A stretch of DNA of 64,000 nucleotides from Candidatus Poribacteria bacterium (lineage in GTDB: Bacteria; Poribacteria; WGA-4E; WGA-3G), in contig OZ244048.1 of NCBI GenBank assembly GCA_965215265.1, positions 800,001 to 864,000 on the forward strand, read 5' to 3'. The position numbers and the translations under genes are program-made. Below, one piece after another: positions 30,861-41,214 of this stretch. Position 1 is the stretch's first letter. Each line of letters begins with the position of its first letter. Under the pieces are notes generated by a model. That model was not told where the DNA came from and did no database searches. It saw nothing but the letters and a program-made list of their open reading frames with translations.

Positions 30861-31232
30861 ATGACAAATAGTTCTATCTCAATCCTTGTGGTTGTGTTGC
30901 TCTTCAGCATGCCGTTGTCCGTATCTGCACAAGAGACGGACTCGGAAATCCAGCAAGCTCGCGAGGATGCCGAAAACGATGCCGAGAAGTACGTTTCTCT
31001 GTTATCATGGGGAGCCGCCGGCTTCGCATGTAGTTGTTTCGGTTTTGCCTATGCATACGCCTCAACTCCACAGATACCAGCAGCCAGCTTAATCGGGAAA
31101 TCGCCAACTTACGTTGCTATCTATACGGACGTATACCGCCAGCACGCCAAACGGAGACGAATGCAAGCCTCCGTTATCGGTTGGGGATTGAGCAGTGCGT
31201 TTGGCACTGTTTACTACCTGTTGGCACTCTAG
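30861..31232 (+). CDS. Hypothetical exported/membrane protein
   Basis: SD aagga, signal peptide (VSA-Q), two hydrophobic segments. Confidence 0.7.
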   Translation: MTNSSISILVVVLLFSMPLSVSAQETDSEIQQAREDAENDAEKYVSLLSWGAAGFACSCFGFAYAYASTPQIPAASLIGKSPTYVAIYTDVYRQHAKRRRMQASVIGWGLSSAFGTVYYLLAL

Positions 31233-31262
31233 ACCGCTCGAACCTCTTTATAACTAACAACG

Positions 31263-31285
31263 GGAGGGGCCTTTTGGCTCCCTCC
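31263..31285 (+). terminator. GC-rich hairpin after the 30861 gene
   Basis: ggaggggcc-tttt-ggctccctcc. Confidence 0.4.
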
Positions 31286-31482
31286 AACCTACAATCGCCT
31301 TCCAAATACGTTATGCACCGTTGTGTTTGCACAGGGCTGTCTCAAAACTTTTTCACGTCCACCGGGGACGCACAGGATGCTCATCGAGTAAGATGCGCTA
31401 GAAAATGCCAAAAATAAAACGAGTTGTCTTATTGAGAATGGATAATAAATGTGGTTTCATAGAGAAAAAAGGGGGAGTCCGC

Positions 31483-31986
31483 ATGAAAAATGTTTCACTT
31501 CTCTCAATACTGTGCTTGTGCTTTGCAATCGCACCCCCAGCTCTCGGGGAACTAACCCCTCAAGACTTAGACAAGATCCGCTTGATTGTCAGCCAGGAAA
31601 TCGAGCCGATTAAGGCGGATATCGTCTCTCTAAAAACAGATGTCGCATGGCTACGCGGCAAACTTGAGGGTGTTGACAAACAATTTGAAGGCGTTGACAA
31701 ACAATTTGAGGGTATTGATAAACAATTTGGGGGTGTTGACAAACAATTTGAGGGTGTTAACAAACAATTTGAGAGTGTTAATAGACAAATCACGCACAAC
31801 ACATATTTAATCTATGGGTTAATAGGACTCGTCGCGGCAGCGATAGGCATACCCCAAATTATCATGGCGTGGAGGAGCGCAAAGGATCGTGCCCTCGAAA
31901 GACAGGATCGTGTCCTCGAAAGACAGATTGAAACCCTCAGAGAGGAAATTGAAACCTTGAAAAAACAGCGGATTGTAGGCTCTTGA
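31483..31986 (+). CDS. Signal-peptide coiled-coil membrane protein with heptad tandem repeats
   Basis: SD gggggag; signal peptide; (EGVDKQF)x5.5; C-terminal TM helix. Confidence 0.75.
   Translation: MKNVSLLSILCLCFAIAPPALGELTPQDLDKIRLIVSQEIEPIKADIVSLKTDVAWLRGKLEGVDKQFEGVDKQFEGIDKQFGGVDKQFEGVNKQFESVNRQITHNTYLIYGLIGLVAAAIGIPQIIMAWRSAKDRALERQDRVLERQIETLREEIETLKKQRIVGS
31666..31788 (+). repeat. 21-bp tandem repeat, about 5.8 units
   Basis: Consensus gagggtgttgacaaacaattt. Confidence 0.92.
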
Positions 31987-32000
31987 TGCGGCGCTCCCCC

Positions 32001-32768
32001 TCAATACCGCCACGTTTCGTGCGCCAGCGGCGCTCGATTTAACTCATCCCGAGACGTGCGCCACTGAGGCAGGAACTTATCCATTAACGCATGAAACAGG
32101 TCATTATGCTCACGCTCCAGCAGATGAACCATCTCGTGAACCAGAATATACACCAAACATGAAACCGGTTTTTTCGCCAATTCCAGATTCAGCCAAATCC
32201 GTTTCGCTTCAATATTGCACGAACCCCAGATCGTTTTCATTTTTTTTATCCGCACTTCATTGACGTGCACCCCGACTTTCGGCTCCCATTTGTAAAGCAG
32301 CGCCGGCACCTGCGCCTGTAGGTGATGCCGGTACCACCGATGCAAGACTGCCTCGCGTGCGGCCCGGTCAGCCCCTGGGCGGACGCTTATACGGATCCTC
32401 GTATTGTTAGGCAGCACCACGCTTGGTGGGCAGTCGCGTTCGGTCACATCTAGCCGGTAACGTCTCCCTTCAAAATAGTGGCTTTCGCCCGTCACAAACT
32501 CTCGCTCAGATTGGCGTGCCTGCTCGGAAAATGCCGCCTGCCGCCGCTGGATCCAGCCCAAGCGAGAAACGACTGCAGAACGCACCGTCTCATCATCCAC
32601 GTGCAAAGGAGCTGACACCCGCACCCGGCCGTCCGGTGGATGGACGCCGATATAGAAGTTTTTTATCTCCTTCCGAACAAGTTCCACGACTGTGCCCTGC
32701 ACATCCAGATGCGTCTTCTGACCTGATAAAGGGCGGTCTCCGCCCTTGCCATCACTGTTAATACTCAT
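32001..32768 (-). CDS. YgjP/SprT-like (DUF45) zinc metalloprotein associated with type I R-M
   Basis: WGSC, HEMVH...H; overlaps the hsdR stop. Confidence 0.9.
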   Translation of the reverse strand: MSINSDGKGGDRPLSGQKTHLDVQGTVVELVRKEIKNFYIGVHPPDGRVRVSAPLHVDDETVRSAVVSRLGWIQRRQAAFSEQARQSEREFVTGESHYFEGRRYRLDVTERDCPPSVVLPNNTRIRISVRPGADRAAREAVLHRWYRHHLQAQVPALLYKWEPKVGVHVNEVRIKKMKTIWGSCNIEAKRIWLNLELAKKPVSCLVYILVHEMVHLLEREHNDLFHALMDKFLPQWRTSRDELNRAPLAHETWRY

Positions 32769-35700
32769 CTTGATTCTTCACAACTTCGAAAACCGCATCA
32801 ACGTCAACTTCGGTGTCTTTGAGTTCTGTTTCGATTGCAGCCTTGATCTCGCGCTCCTTGAGGCTGTGCCCCCGCCAATCCGCCTTTTTTATCGAGGATA
32901 TCCCCCGGTGCAAAGCCAACGCTGTCTCTTCTCTAATCTCCTCGGAGATACCCGGCAAATTATCATAGAGTGCCCTCTGTGCATCGCTGTCGAGGCTCGC
33001 TGGATAGTCCATGTTCGTCTGTTCGTTCACCTGATTTATCAACTCCATCAGCTCTTCCAAGTAGGCATTATACGCTATCGCCTTCCGCTTCCGCTGCCGA
33101 ATGAGTTCATCCAGCAACTTTGACATCCTCTCATAGTATTTCGGGTTCATGCCCATTTTGTCAATAATCAGCCGGCGGATGTTGTTCTCAATCGTTTCAG
33201 TGGTGCCCTCTTCGCTTGTCCGGATCCGCTCTGGCAGTAAAGCGATCGCCGCTCGTCCGTGCTCAACAATCAACTCCATCAGCGTCTTCTCCTCAAATGC
33301 CACCAGCGTTTCACTCTCCTCTGCCCGAATGTACGTATCTAATAGGTGCCGCATCGCTGGTTCGTACATCTTCAAGTCAATATAATCGCCACTCGCCAAC
33401 TTAATCTCTTGTCGTACATTCTGGTAGTGAGCCACCTCGGTCTTGATCTGTTCAATCTCTTGTTCATTGTAACCGGCCTCTTGCATTTCGTTAGCAAGGT
33501 TTGCATAGGCACGCACCAAAGCCGCGGTTTGCCTATAGAGCGCTAAACGTTTCTGTTCATTGGCTTTGAGCTGCTCGGCGTTGCCGCTTTCGGTGGTACA
33601 GAAAAATCGCATGTAGGCGGTAGAATCGCGCGGAGGTTCAACTGGTTCGCACAATGCTCTCACCGCCTCGCACGTATCTTCTAGACGTTCACGTGCATGT
33701 TGGATGCGGTTTTTCAAGAGCCCTTTCACATCTGCGGTATCGTAGTTGCTGAAAGCCTCGCCGGTGTAGTCTGCTATCGACTGCTGCAACGACCGGAACA
33801 GGTCTTTATAGTCAATGATATATCCGTATTCCTTGTCTTCCCCGTGGAGGCGGTTGACTCGGCAAATCGCTTGAAACAGGCCGTGGTCCTGCATGTGCTT
33901 ATCAATATAGAGATAGGTCGCCGGTGGCGCGTCAAAGCCGGTGAGCAGTTTATCCACAACGATCAGAAGTTTCATCTGGCCCGGCTCATCAACGAAACGT
34001 CTCTTTACCTCCTTTTCAAAAAGTTCAACCTTACGCACCGCTGAGTCCTCGGATTCGTTGAAGTGGTCCACCAGCATCTCCCGGTAAATCTCATGCTTCA
34101 GCAGCAGCTCGGTGTCCCCCTCCCCGGTCTCCTCCCCTCTTATCTTATCTACTGTCGGGTTGTAAGATGTAACAATCGCACATTTCCCCTTCAACTCAGT
34201 CTCGCGAAATATCTGAAAGAAGCGACAGGCCGAATAGATGCTATCAGAAACCAACATCGCATTGCCACGCCCACTCTTCAGCCGGCCCCGGGTCTGCATA
34301 TCAAGTACAATGTCCGCGACGATTTTATTCAGCCGCTCACGTGTACTCAGCACCCGCCGCATCGTACCCCAACGTCGCATCAACTGTTCCTTCGCAAGCT
34401 CGGTTAAGCCTTGCGTCTTGAGCTCAAACCACTGATCTATTTTTTCTTCAGAAGTAATCTCCTGATCTATGTCACGTGCCTCGTAAAGCAGGTCAAGTAC
34501 AGCGTTGTCTCCGACCGCCTCGTCATACTTATAGGTATGGATATACGGGCCAAAGGTTTCAATGCTCTGTGCCTTGTCGGTTTTGAGCAGCGGTGTACCC
34601 GTAAAACCGATGAGCATCGCCCCCGGCAAAAGCGCCTTCATCGCTTTGTGCAGTTTGCCGGACTGCGTCCGGTGGCACTCGTCGATAAAGACAAAAAACT
34701 CACCGGCTGGGTGAAAATCCTCCGGTAGATTTCCATGAATTTCCTCAAGATAGTTATCAATATCCGTGCTGCTCATCCCTGCAGATGCCCCGAACTTGTG
34801 AATCAACGAACAGACAAGCCACTCGCTCGGGCTCCCCAGCACGTTCACTAGATCGGCTCCGTCTCTCGTACGGTAGATATGCTCCTCTTCAACCCCCTTG
34901 AAAACGCTCTCGATCTGTTCGTCCAATTCAGTCCTATCCGTCAGGATTAACACGCGGCTGTTAGGCACCTTTTCGCGAATCCATTTCGCTAACCAGACCA
35001 TCGTGAGGCTCTTCCCACTCCCTTGCGTGTGCCATAAGATGCCCCCTTCCCGTCGTTTGACACGTTCCTGTGCTGCCTTGACCCCGAAAAACTGGTTATG
35101 CCGGCAGATCTTCTTCTTTCCAGAATCGAAAACAGTGAAGTCGTGGATGAGCTCAAGCAGCCGTGCTTTGCTACAGAGCTGGCCCAGCTCCTGTAGCAGC
35201 GGATTGTCCCCGCTTGTCGTAGACTCTCCGCTATTGGCCGGCGACGCTTTCCACCGCAACCAATATCTTTCCTCAGACTCAATCACACTATAACGTAACC
35301 CTTCGCTCTCGTTGCCCGCCATTAGCAGCTGCACAGTCGCAAAAAACGGGCGGATAAACTCCTCTCCCTGGTTGTCAAGGTTCTGCCGGATGCCTTCGGA
35401 TACCGATACCGTGGAACGTTTCAACTCCAGGACCCCGAGCGCAATCCCGTTCACATAAAGCACGAGATCCGGCCGCTTGGTATGCTGACCCCGGACGGTT
35501 ACCTCCTCGGCGATGCCAAAGTCGTTATTGTCCGGGGTTTCCCAATCGATTAACCAGACTGTTTCCGTCAGTCCGCCTGATTCCGGTTGAATCTTCACAC
35601 CGTAACGGAGCAAGCGGTAAACCGCACGGTTTGCCGCGTAGAGCGTTTGAGTACCGCCAAGTGCAGCCGCTTTATCTACCTCAAATAGCACCTTGTCTAT

Positions 35701-35874
35701 AATCTTTCTGCTGTATTCCTGCTCGCTCAACCAAGCATCAAGCGATTCCTTCTCAACGTTGCGATTCCGCTGACGTTCCCGCCAGTTACCGAGGTAGGTA
35801 TAGCCCAAAGTCTCTTGAAAGAATTCAATAACGCGCTTTTGTGTAATTTCTTCTCGTTGCCCTATCGTCCTCAT
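32758..35874 (-). CDS. hsdR: Type I restriction endonuclease subunit R
   Basis: RPD..LYVNG...ELK nuclease motif, HTQGSGKS, DECH, FTGTP, LLTGFD, QAICRVNR; SD ggagg before ATG 35874. Confidence 0.96.
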   Translation of the reverse strand: MRTIGQREEITQKRVIEFFQETLGYTYLGNWRERQRNRNVEKESLDAWLSEQEYSRKIIDKVLFEVDKAAALGGTQTLYAANRAVYRLLRYGVKIQPESGGLTETVWLIDWETPDNNDFGIAEEVTVRGQHTKRPDLVLYVNGIALGVLELKRSTVSVSEGIRQNLDNQGEEFIRPFFATVQLLMAGNESEGLRYSVIESEERYWLRWKASPANSGESTTSGDNPLLQELGQLCSKARLLELIHDFTVFDSGKKKICRHNQFFGVKAAQERVKRREGGILWHTQGSGKSLTMVWLAKWIREKVPNSRVLILTDRTELDEQIESVFKGVEEEHIYRTRDGADLVNVLGSPSEWLVCSLIHKFGASAGMSSTDIDNYLEEIHGNLPEDFHPAGEFFVFIDECHRTQSGKLHKAMKALLPGAMLIGFTGTPLLKTDKAQSIETFGPYIHTYKYDEAVGDNAVLDLLYEARDIDQEITSEEKIDQWFELKTQGLTELAKEQLMRRWGTMRRVLSTRERLNKIVADIVLDMQTRGRLKSGRGNAMLVSDSIYSACRFFQIFRETELKGKCAIVTSYNPTVDKIRGEETGEGDTELLLKHEIYREMLVDHFNESEDSAVRKVELFEKEVKRRFVDEPGQMKLLIVVDKLLTGFDAPPATYLYIDKHMQDHGLFQAICRVNRLHGEDKEYGYIIDYKDLFRSLQQSIADYTGEAFSNYDTADVKGLLKNRIQHARERLEDTCEAVRALCEPVEPPRDSTAYMRFFCTTESGNAEQLKANEQKRLALYRQTAALVRAYANLANEMQEAGYNEQEIEQIKTEVAHYQNVRQEIKLASGDYIDLKMYEPAMRHLLDTYIRAEESETLVAFEEKTLMELIVEHGRAAIALLPERIRTSEEGTTETIENNIRRLIIDKMGMNPKYYERMSKLLDELIRQRKRKAIAYNAYLEELMELINQVNEQTNMDYPASLDSDAQRALYDNLPGISEEIREETALALHRGISSIKKADWRGHSLKEREIKAAIETELKDTEVDVDAVFEVVKNQDEY

Positions 35875-35946
35875 GCAACCTGAGTCCTCCCGTTTACAGT
35901 TTCCATTCGGCGTAACTCGCATTTTTCTCTAAAATTACCGTATCGT

Positions 35947-35975
35947 ACTGTATCATTTTACCAGATAAAAATCAA
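35947..35975 (-). promoter_or_regulatory. hsdR promoter (near-copy of the hsdM promoter)
   Basis: TTGATT-17-TACAGT with extended TG; 25/29 identical to 30643-30671. Confidence 0.55.
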
Positions 35976-36065
35976 TACGCAAGCATAAACTACAAACAGA
36001 TGCCTATTGAACCCGCAACCGCTAAACGGCTACCATACACACCCCCGAAAAAAAACAGCAACGCA

Positions 36066-38663
36066 CTACCGCCGTCCTCCTACCTGCCCAAGCAATTGAC
36101 GCAGATAATTCACCGGAATCGCAAAGTTCAGATTCTGACCTGCTATCATAGTTGACACCGTCACACCGATCACCTCACCCCGGCTATTTAACACCGGCCC
36201 ACCACTACTCCCCTTCGAAATTGCCGCATCAATCTGGATCCGTCTGGTACCATCCAACTTCCGTATCCCACTAACGATACCCTTAGAAAATGTGCCTTCC
36301 AAGAACCCGAGCGGATTCCCAGCCGCATACACCGCCTCCCCGACTTCCACCGCATCGCTGTCACCGAGAGGGAGTGCTTGTGTACTAAACTCCGCAACCG
36401 TGAGAATCGCTAAATCCTGTCGTGAGTCCATACCGACGAGCCCTGAGATGCGATAAGCGTGTTCCGTTCCTACTAGCTTCACATAGCCTCTCAGCACCCC
36501 TTCCACGACGTGCAGATTAGTCGCAATCAGGCCACGTCCAACGAAGAAGCCGCTGCCAGTGCTTAAGACCTGCCCGCTCCGATCCTCCATCATAATGAGC
36601 ACCGTGGCGGCGAGTGCCTTCCGCGCTATCTGCTGAGATGCCTGCGGTGTGGACACCCCTGCTCTTGAAGGCAGCACCCCCTGGGGCGTTTCTGGGGAAA
36701 TGAGAGGAAGATTCCAGAGTAGAATAGTGCCATCCCAACTCCCACTAGCGAGTCTCTTCCCATCTGCACTGAACGTTACGCTATAGACATCCCCCGTATG
36801 CCCGGTGAGTGTCGCTTTCTCACGCCCACTCACCGCATCCCATAGACGCACCGTGCTGTCCCAACTCCCACTGGCGAGCGTCCTACCATCTGGACTGAAC
36901 TCCACACTCCTGACCCAATCCGTATGCCCGGTGAGTGTCGCTTTGTGCCGCCCGCTCATAACATCCCATAGGCGCACCGTCTTGTCCCCACTCCCACTAG
37001 TGAGTGTCTGCCCATCCGGACTGAGCGCCACACTGAAGACACTGCCCGTATGCTCGGTGAGCGTGGCTTTCTCACGCCCACTCACCGCATCCCACAAGCA
37101 CACCGTGTTGTCCTCACTCCCACTCGCTAGCGTCCTGCCATCGGGACTGAATTCTACACTGAAGACACTGCCCGTATGCCCGGTGAGTGTCGCTTTCTCA
37201 CGCCCACTCACCGCATCCCATAGACGCACCGTGCTGTCCCAACTCCCACTGGCGAGCGTCTGCCCATCCGGACTGAACACTACACTCTCTACACCGTCCG
37301 TATGCCCAGTGAGTGTCGCTTTCTCACGCCCACTCACCGCATCCCATAGACGCACCGTATCGCCCTCACTCCCACTAGCGAGCGTCTTTCCATCGGGACT
37401 GAATGCTAAATTCGAGTACCACTTATGCCCAGTGAGCGTGGCTTTCTGTTTGCCACTCGCCGCATCCCATAGACGCACCGTCTCGTCATAACTCCCACTA
37501 GCGAGCGTCTTCCCATCCGGACTGAACACTACACTCTCGACATCCACCGTATGCCCAGTGAGCGTGGCTTTGTGCTGCCCACTCACCGCATCCCACAGGC
37601 GCACCGTCGTGTCCCGACCCCCACTAGCGAGCGTCTTCCCATCGGGATTGAACACTACACTCCTGACCCAACCCGTATGCCCAGTGAGCGTGGCTTTGTG
37701 CTGCCCACTCACCGTATCCCATAGGCACACCGTGTTGTGATAACTCTGACTAGCGAGTGTCTGCCCATCCGGACTGAGTGCTACCCTAATGACCCAATCC
37801 GTATGCCCGGTGAGTGTCGCTTTGTGCCGCCACGCTAGAGCTTTGTGCCGCCCGCTCACAACATCCCATAGGCGCACCGTCTTGTCCCCACTCCCACTAG
37901 CGAGTGTCTGCCCATCCGGACTGAATGCTACACTCCAGACAATGCACGTATGCCCGGTGAGTGTCGCTTTCTCACGCCCACTCACCGCATCCCATAGACG
38001 CACCGTCTTGTCCCGACTCCCACTGGCGAGCGTCTTCCCATCCGGACTGAACGCTACACTCTCTACACCGTCCGTATGCCCGGTGAGTGTCGCTTTCTCA
38101 CGCCCACTCACCGCATCCCATAGACGCACCGTATCGCCCTCACTCTCACTGGCGAGCGTCTGCCCATCCGGACTGAATGCTACACTCTCTACACCGTCCG
38201 TATGCCCGGTGAGTGTCGCTTTCTCACGCCCACTCACCGCATCCCATAGGCGCACCGTCTTGTCCCAACTCCCACTGGTGAGCGTCCTACCATCTGGACT
38301 GAACACTACACCCCAGACACTGCCCGTATGCCCGGTGAGCGTTGCTTTCTCACGCCCACTCACCGCATCCCATAGGCGCACCGTCTTGTCCCCACTCCCA
38401 CTGGCGAGCGTCTTCCCATCTGGACTGAACGCCACACTCCGGACACTGCCCGTATGCCCTACAAGCAGGGCCAGTTCTCTGCCGGTAAGCGCATCATAAA
38501 TCCAGATGCCTATCGAACTCGCAACCGCTAAACGGCTACCATCAGGAGAAAACCTTATTTCCTCTATCGTCCCTTTACCGAGACGGGCTATAGCTCCCTG
38601 CGGTAACTTCCATTTCGTGTAATCTTGGGCGCACACGGGCCCGTTCAACCACGTTTTTTTCAT
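36066..38663 (-). CDS. WD40-repeat protein with C-terminal trypsin-like serine protease
   Basis: 14 near-identical plus 1 degenerate WD40 repeats; GSGFF, TNLHVV, DLAIL, GNPLG, GSSGGP, NLNFAIP. Confidence 0.92.
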   Translation of the reverse strand: MKKTWLNGPVCAQDYTKWKLPQGAIARLGKGTIEEIRFSPDGSRLAVASSIGIWIYDALTGRELALLVGHTGSVRSVAFSPDGKTLASGSGDKTVRLWDAVSGREKATLTGHTGSVWGVVFSPDGRTLTSGSWDKTVRLWDAVSGREKATLTGHTDGVESVAFSPDGQTLASESEGDTVRLWDAVSGREKATLTGHTDGVESVAFSPDGKTLASGSRDKTVRLWDAVSGREKATLTGHTCIVWSVAFSPDGQTLASGSGDKTVRLWDVVSGRHKALAWRHKATLTGHTDWVIRVALSPDGQTLASQSYHNTVCLWDTVSGQHKATLTGHTGWVRSVVFNPDGKTLASGGRDTTVRLWDAVSGQHKATLTGHTVDVESVVFSPDGKTLASGSYDETVRLWDAASGKQKATLTGHKWYSNLAFSPDGKTLASGSEGDTVRLWDAVSGREKATLTGHTDGVESVVFSPDGQTLASGSWDSTVRLWDAVSGREKATLTGHTGSVFSVEFSPDGRTLASGSEDNTVCLWDAVSGREKATLTEHTGSVFSVALSPDGQTLTSGSGDKTVRLWDVMSGRHKATLTGHTDWVRSVEFSPDGRTLASGSWDSTVRLWDAVSGREKATLTGHTGDVYSVTFSADGKRLASGSWDGTILLWNLPLISPETPQGVLPSRAGVSTPQASQQIARKALAATVLIMMEDRSGQVLSTGSGFFVGRGLIATNLHVVEGVLRGYVKLVGTEHAYRISGLVGMDSRQDLAILTVAEFSTQALPLGDSDAVEVGEAVYAAGNPLGFLEGTFSKGIVSGIRKLDGTRRIQIDAAISKGSSGGPVLNSRGEVIGVTVSTMIAGQNLNFAIPVNYLRQLLGQVGGRR
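36716..38460 (-). repeat. About 126-bp tandem repeats encoding WD40 blades
   Basis: Recurrent gtatgcccggtgagtgtcgctttctcacgcccactcaccgcatcccata at about 126-bp spacing. Confidence 0.95.
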
Positions 38664-38745
38664 TCGATTCTTCTCCCTTTTGTGGATGTCAATTTTCTTA
38701 GATGATATGTTAACACACAACGAGGTAAATCTCAAATTGTGACGG

Positions 38746-39606
38746 CTAGCTGCCGGTGGACACCCCGGCAGACCCCAGCAAACGCCCCAACGTACCACCT
38801 AAAATTTCTGTCTTATCGGATACGGGAACGAACACGCAGTGCCTCCGGAACGCCTCCAGCGCGTGTTGATAGGTCATGAAACGTCTAACGACAGGGTAGT
38901 CCGAACCCCAACAGAGACGCCCAGGTCCGAAATGTTCATAGAGTGCACGGACAATCCAGTGTGTGTCCGAATACGGATAATCCCACGAAACCTGCGAGAC
39001 GTAGGCGAACCCTGACAACTTTACATAGATATTCGGGACCTTCGCTGAGGCGAGCACCTGCTTGAGTTGCGGATACGGGGTGGCTTCGCCTGCTCTCGCA
39101 CCGCCCATGTGGTGGCAGAGGAACGGGACGCTCGGGAACCGTGCCGCTAACTTTTGCAGCACCGGCTGCTGGTGGCTGCCCAGCGCGATGCTGGCGATTA
39201 ATCCCAACTCAGCCGTCATCTCCAAAAACCGTTCGCCCTCATCTGAGAAGAACCAGCTGCCGTCGTCGTCCCCTTTGAGGTAGTGCGTATAACCCTTAAG
39301 CGCGTATCTCTCCGCCGCGGATTTCAGCCGGTCCGCTGCACCCGGTGTATGATATGTTTCCGTCCATGAACAATCCACATCCGCAAACTGGATGAGCCGG
39401 TCCGGATACTGCTTAACACATTCGGCAGCGTAATCGTTGTTATCCGGATTGTGCTCGATGCGCGCACAGATAAGCACCGCCTTATCTACGCCGTGTATGT
39501 CCATTTCGTGGAGCAGTTGTTCGACCCGCCCGCGCTCCTCACTATCAGGCACGGGCGGTTGATACGGCCACCGCGGCCAGGCGTGTGTATGAGAATCAAT
39601 TATCAT
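38746..39606 (-). CDS. Amidohydrolase_2 family protein
   Basis: IIDSHTH, HHMG, YVKLSG, WGSDYP. Confidence 0.92.
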   Translation of the reverse strand: MIIDSHTHAWPRWPYQPPVPDSEERGRVEQLLHEMDIHGVDKAVLICARIEHNPDNNDYAAECVKQYPDRLIQFADVDCSWTETYHTPGAADRLKSAAERYALKGYTHYLKGDDDGSWFFSDEGERFLEMTAELGLIASIALGSHQQPVLQKLAARFPSVPFLCHHMGGARAGEATPYPQLKQVLASAKVPNIYVKLSGFAYVSQVSWDYPYSDTHWIVRALYEHFGPGRLCWGSDYPVVRRFMTYQHALEAFRRHCVFVPVSDKTEILGGTLGRLLGSAGVSTGS

Positions 39607-41158
39607 CTCCATCTCCTTTTTTTCGCGTCGGACGCGTGTTGGCATGCAGCATCAACCTTCCCAGTTCATGTCTGTTCGTCTCTTCCGGTTTGACAATTCC
39701 GACGATTTCGCCGTTTGCCATCACAGCAACCCGGTCGCTGAGTTGGAGGAGTTCATCCAATTCTGAAGACACCAGCAAGACTGCCTTTTCGTGGTTGCGT
39801 GCCTGAATCAGCCGCTCGTGAACGAATCGGGCTGCGTAGATATCCAACCCACGTGTCGGATGTGCCGCAATGATCAACTCGGGGCTACCCGTCAACTCTC
39901 GTGCAACTACCACTTTTTGTTGATTGCCACCAGAGAGCGTTTTTATCGGATGCGTGATGTCACCCACGCGAATCTTATATTTATCTAACACGTTCCTCGT
40001 AAACTGTCCTATAGACTTCCGATCCAGCAGCCCGTGCCTGCAAAAAAGGCTGTCCGTATGAGACCCGATAATCAGGTTATTATCGATGCTGTCGTTCAAA
40101 CTGATGCCGTGCCGGTGCCGATCCGCAGGTAAGTGTGCCACACCTCGGTGCCTCATTTCGGCTGTTGAACTGTTGCTAATAGATTCACCCTTGAACCGGA
40201 TTACCCCTTCGTGAAACTGACGTAATCCAGTCAACACCTCCACCAGTTCGCCCTGACCGTTCCCTTCAACGCCTGCGATACCCACGATTTCGCAGGGAAA
40301 TACCTCAAGGTTAATCGCCTTGAGTAGTTTTTTGCCGGCTTGTGCGTTTAACGTCACGTTTTCCAAGGCGAGCATCGGGTTGACACTTTCCAATGGCGAG
40401 CGTTCTGCCAACGTAGCCCCCCCGATGAGAGGTTCACCAAGCATCAGCTCTGCCAATTGCGTCGGATCGGTTTCAGCAGTAGGGCAGGATGCGACGACTT
40501 CACCCCGCCGCATCACCGTGACGGTATCCGCTATCGCCATCACCTCATCCAGTTTGTGCGTGATGATGATGAGGCTCCGCCCCTCTTTTTTCAGACCGCG
40601 CATACATGCAAACAGTCCCTCAATTTCTTGTGGCGCAAGCACCGCCGTCGGTTCATCCATAATCACAATTTCGGCACCGTGATAGAGAACTTTCAGGATT
40701 TCGACCTGTTGCTGTACCCCAATTGGCAGGGATTCCACCGGGGTATTCAACGCCACTTGGAATCCGAGTTGTGCCGCGAGTTCGGCTATCTCTGTTTCCG
40801 CCTGCTGATAATCCACGAAGACGTTGAATTTGCGAGGTTCCTTTGCAAGTACGATGTTCTGTAGCGCGGTAAAGACACGAATCAGTGTGAAATGTTGCTG
40901 GACCATGCCCAGGCCGAGCTGCATCGCCCGCCGTGGGCTCGTGATAGAAACAGGTTGCCCATCGACCGAGATTTCGCCGGCATCCGGTTGATACAGTCCG
41001 TAGAGAATCTTCATCAAGGTAGATTTGCCGGCTCCATTTTCCCCAACTATCGCGTGAATCTCTCCACGCTGCAGCCTAAAGTCAACGCCACGGTTCGCCA
41101 TGACAGACCCAAACTGCTTACTGATGCCGTGCATGCTGATGATCGGTTCAATTTCCAT
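39596..41158 (-). CDS. Sugar/nucleoside ABC transporter ATPase (tandem NBD)
   Basis: GENGAGKST, DEPTAVL, LSGGNQQK, VSSELDE. Confidence 0.94.
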   Translation of the reverse strand: MEIEPIISMHGISKQFGSVMANRGVDFRLQRGEIHAIVGENGAGKSTLMKILYGLYQPDAGEISVDGQPVSITSPRRAMQLGLGMVQQHFTLIRVFTALQNIVLAKEPRKFNVFVDYQQAETEIAELAAQLGFQVALNTPVESLPIGVQQQVEILKVLYHGAEIVIMDEPTAVLAPQEIEGLFACMRGLKKEGRSLIIITHKLDEVMAIADTVTVMRRGEVVASCPTAETDPTQLAELMLGEPLIGGATLAERSPLESVNPMLALENVTLNAQAGKKLLKAINLEVFPCEIVGIAGVEGNGQGELVEVLTGLRQFHEGVIRFKGESISNSSTAEMRHRGVAHLPADRHRHGISLNDSIDNNLIIGSHTDSLFCRHGLLDRKSIGQFTRNVLDKYKIRVGDITHPIKTLSGGNQQKVVVARELTGSPELIIAAHPTRGLDIYAARFVHERLIQARNHEKAVLLVSSELDELLQLSDRVAVMANGEIVGIVKPEETNRHELGRLMLHANTRPTRKKGDGDDN

Positions 41159-41214
41159 TGAGGGTGCTACTCCTAGGTGGTTCTACACTGTGGCCCTGTA
41201 TAACCAGCTCATAG

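Noticed and set aside
36716-38460. WD40 DNA repeats as a CRISPR array or DGR template/variable repeat
   Set aside because: The repeats are in-frame coding units, differences are not adenine-restricted by inspection, and no reverse transcriptase is present.
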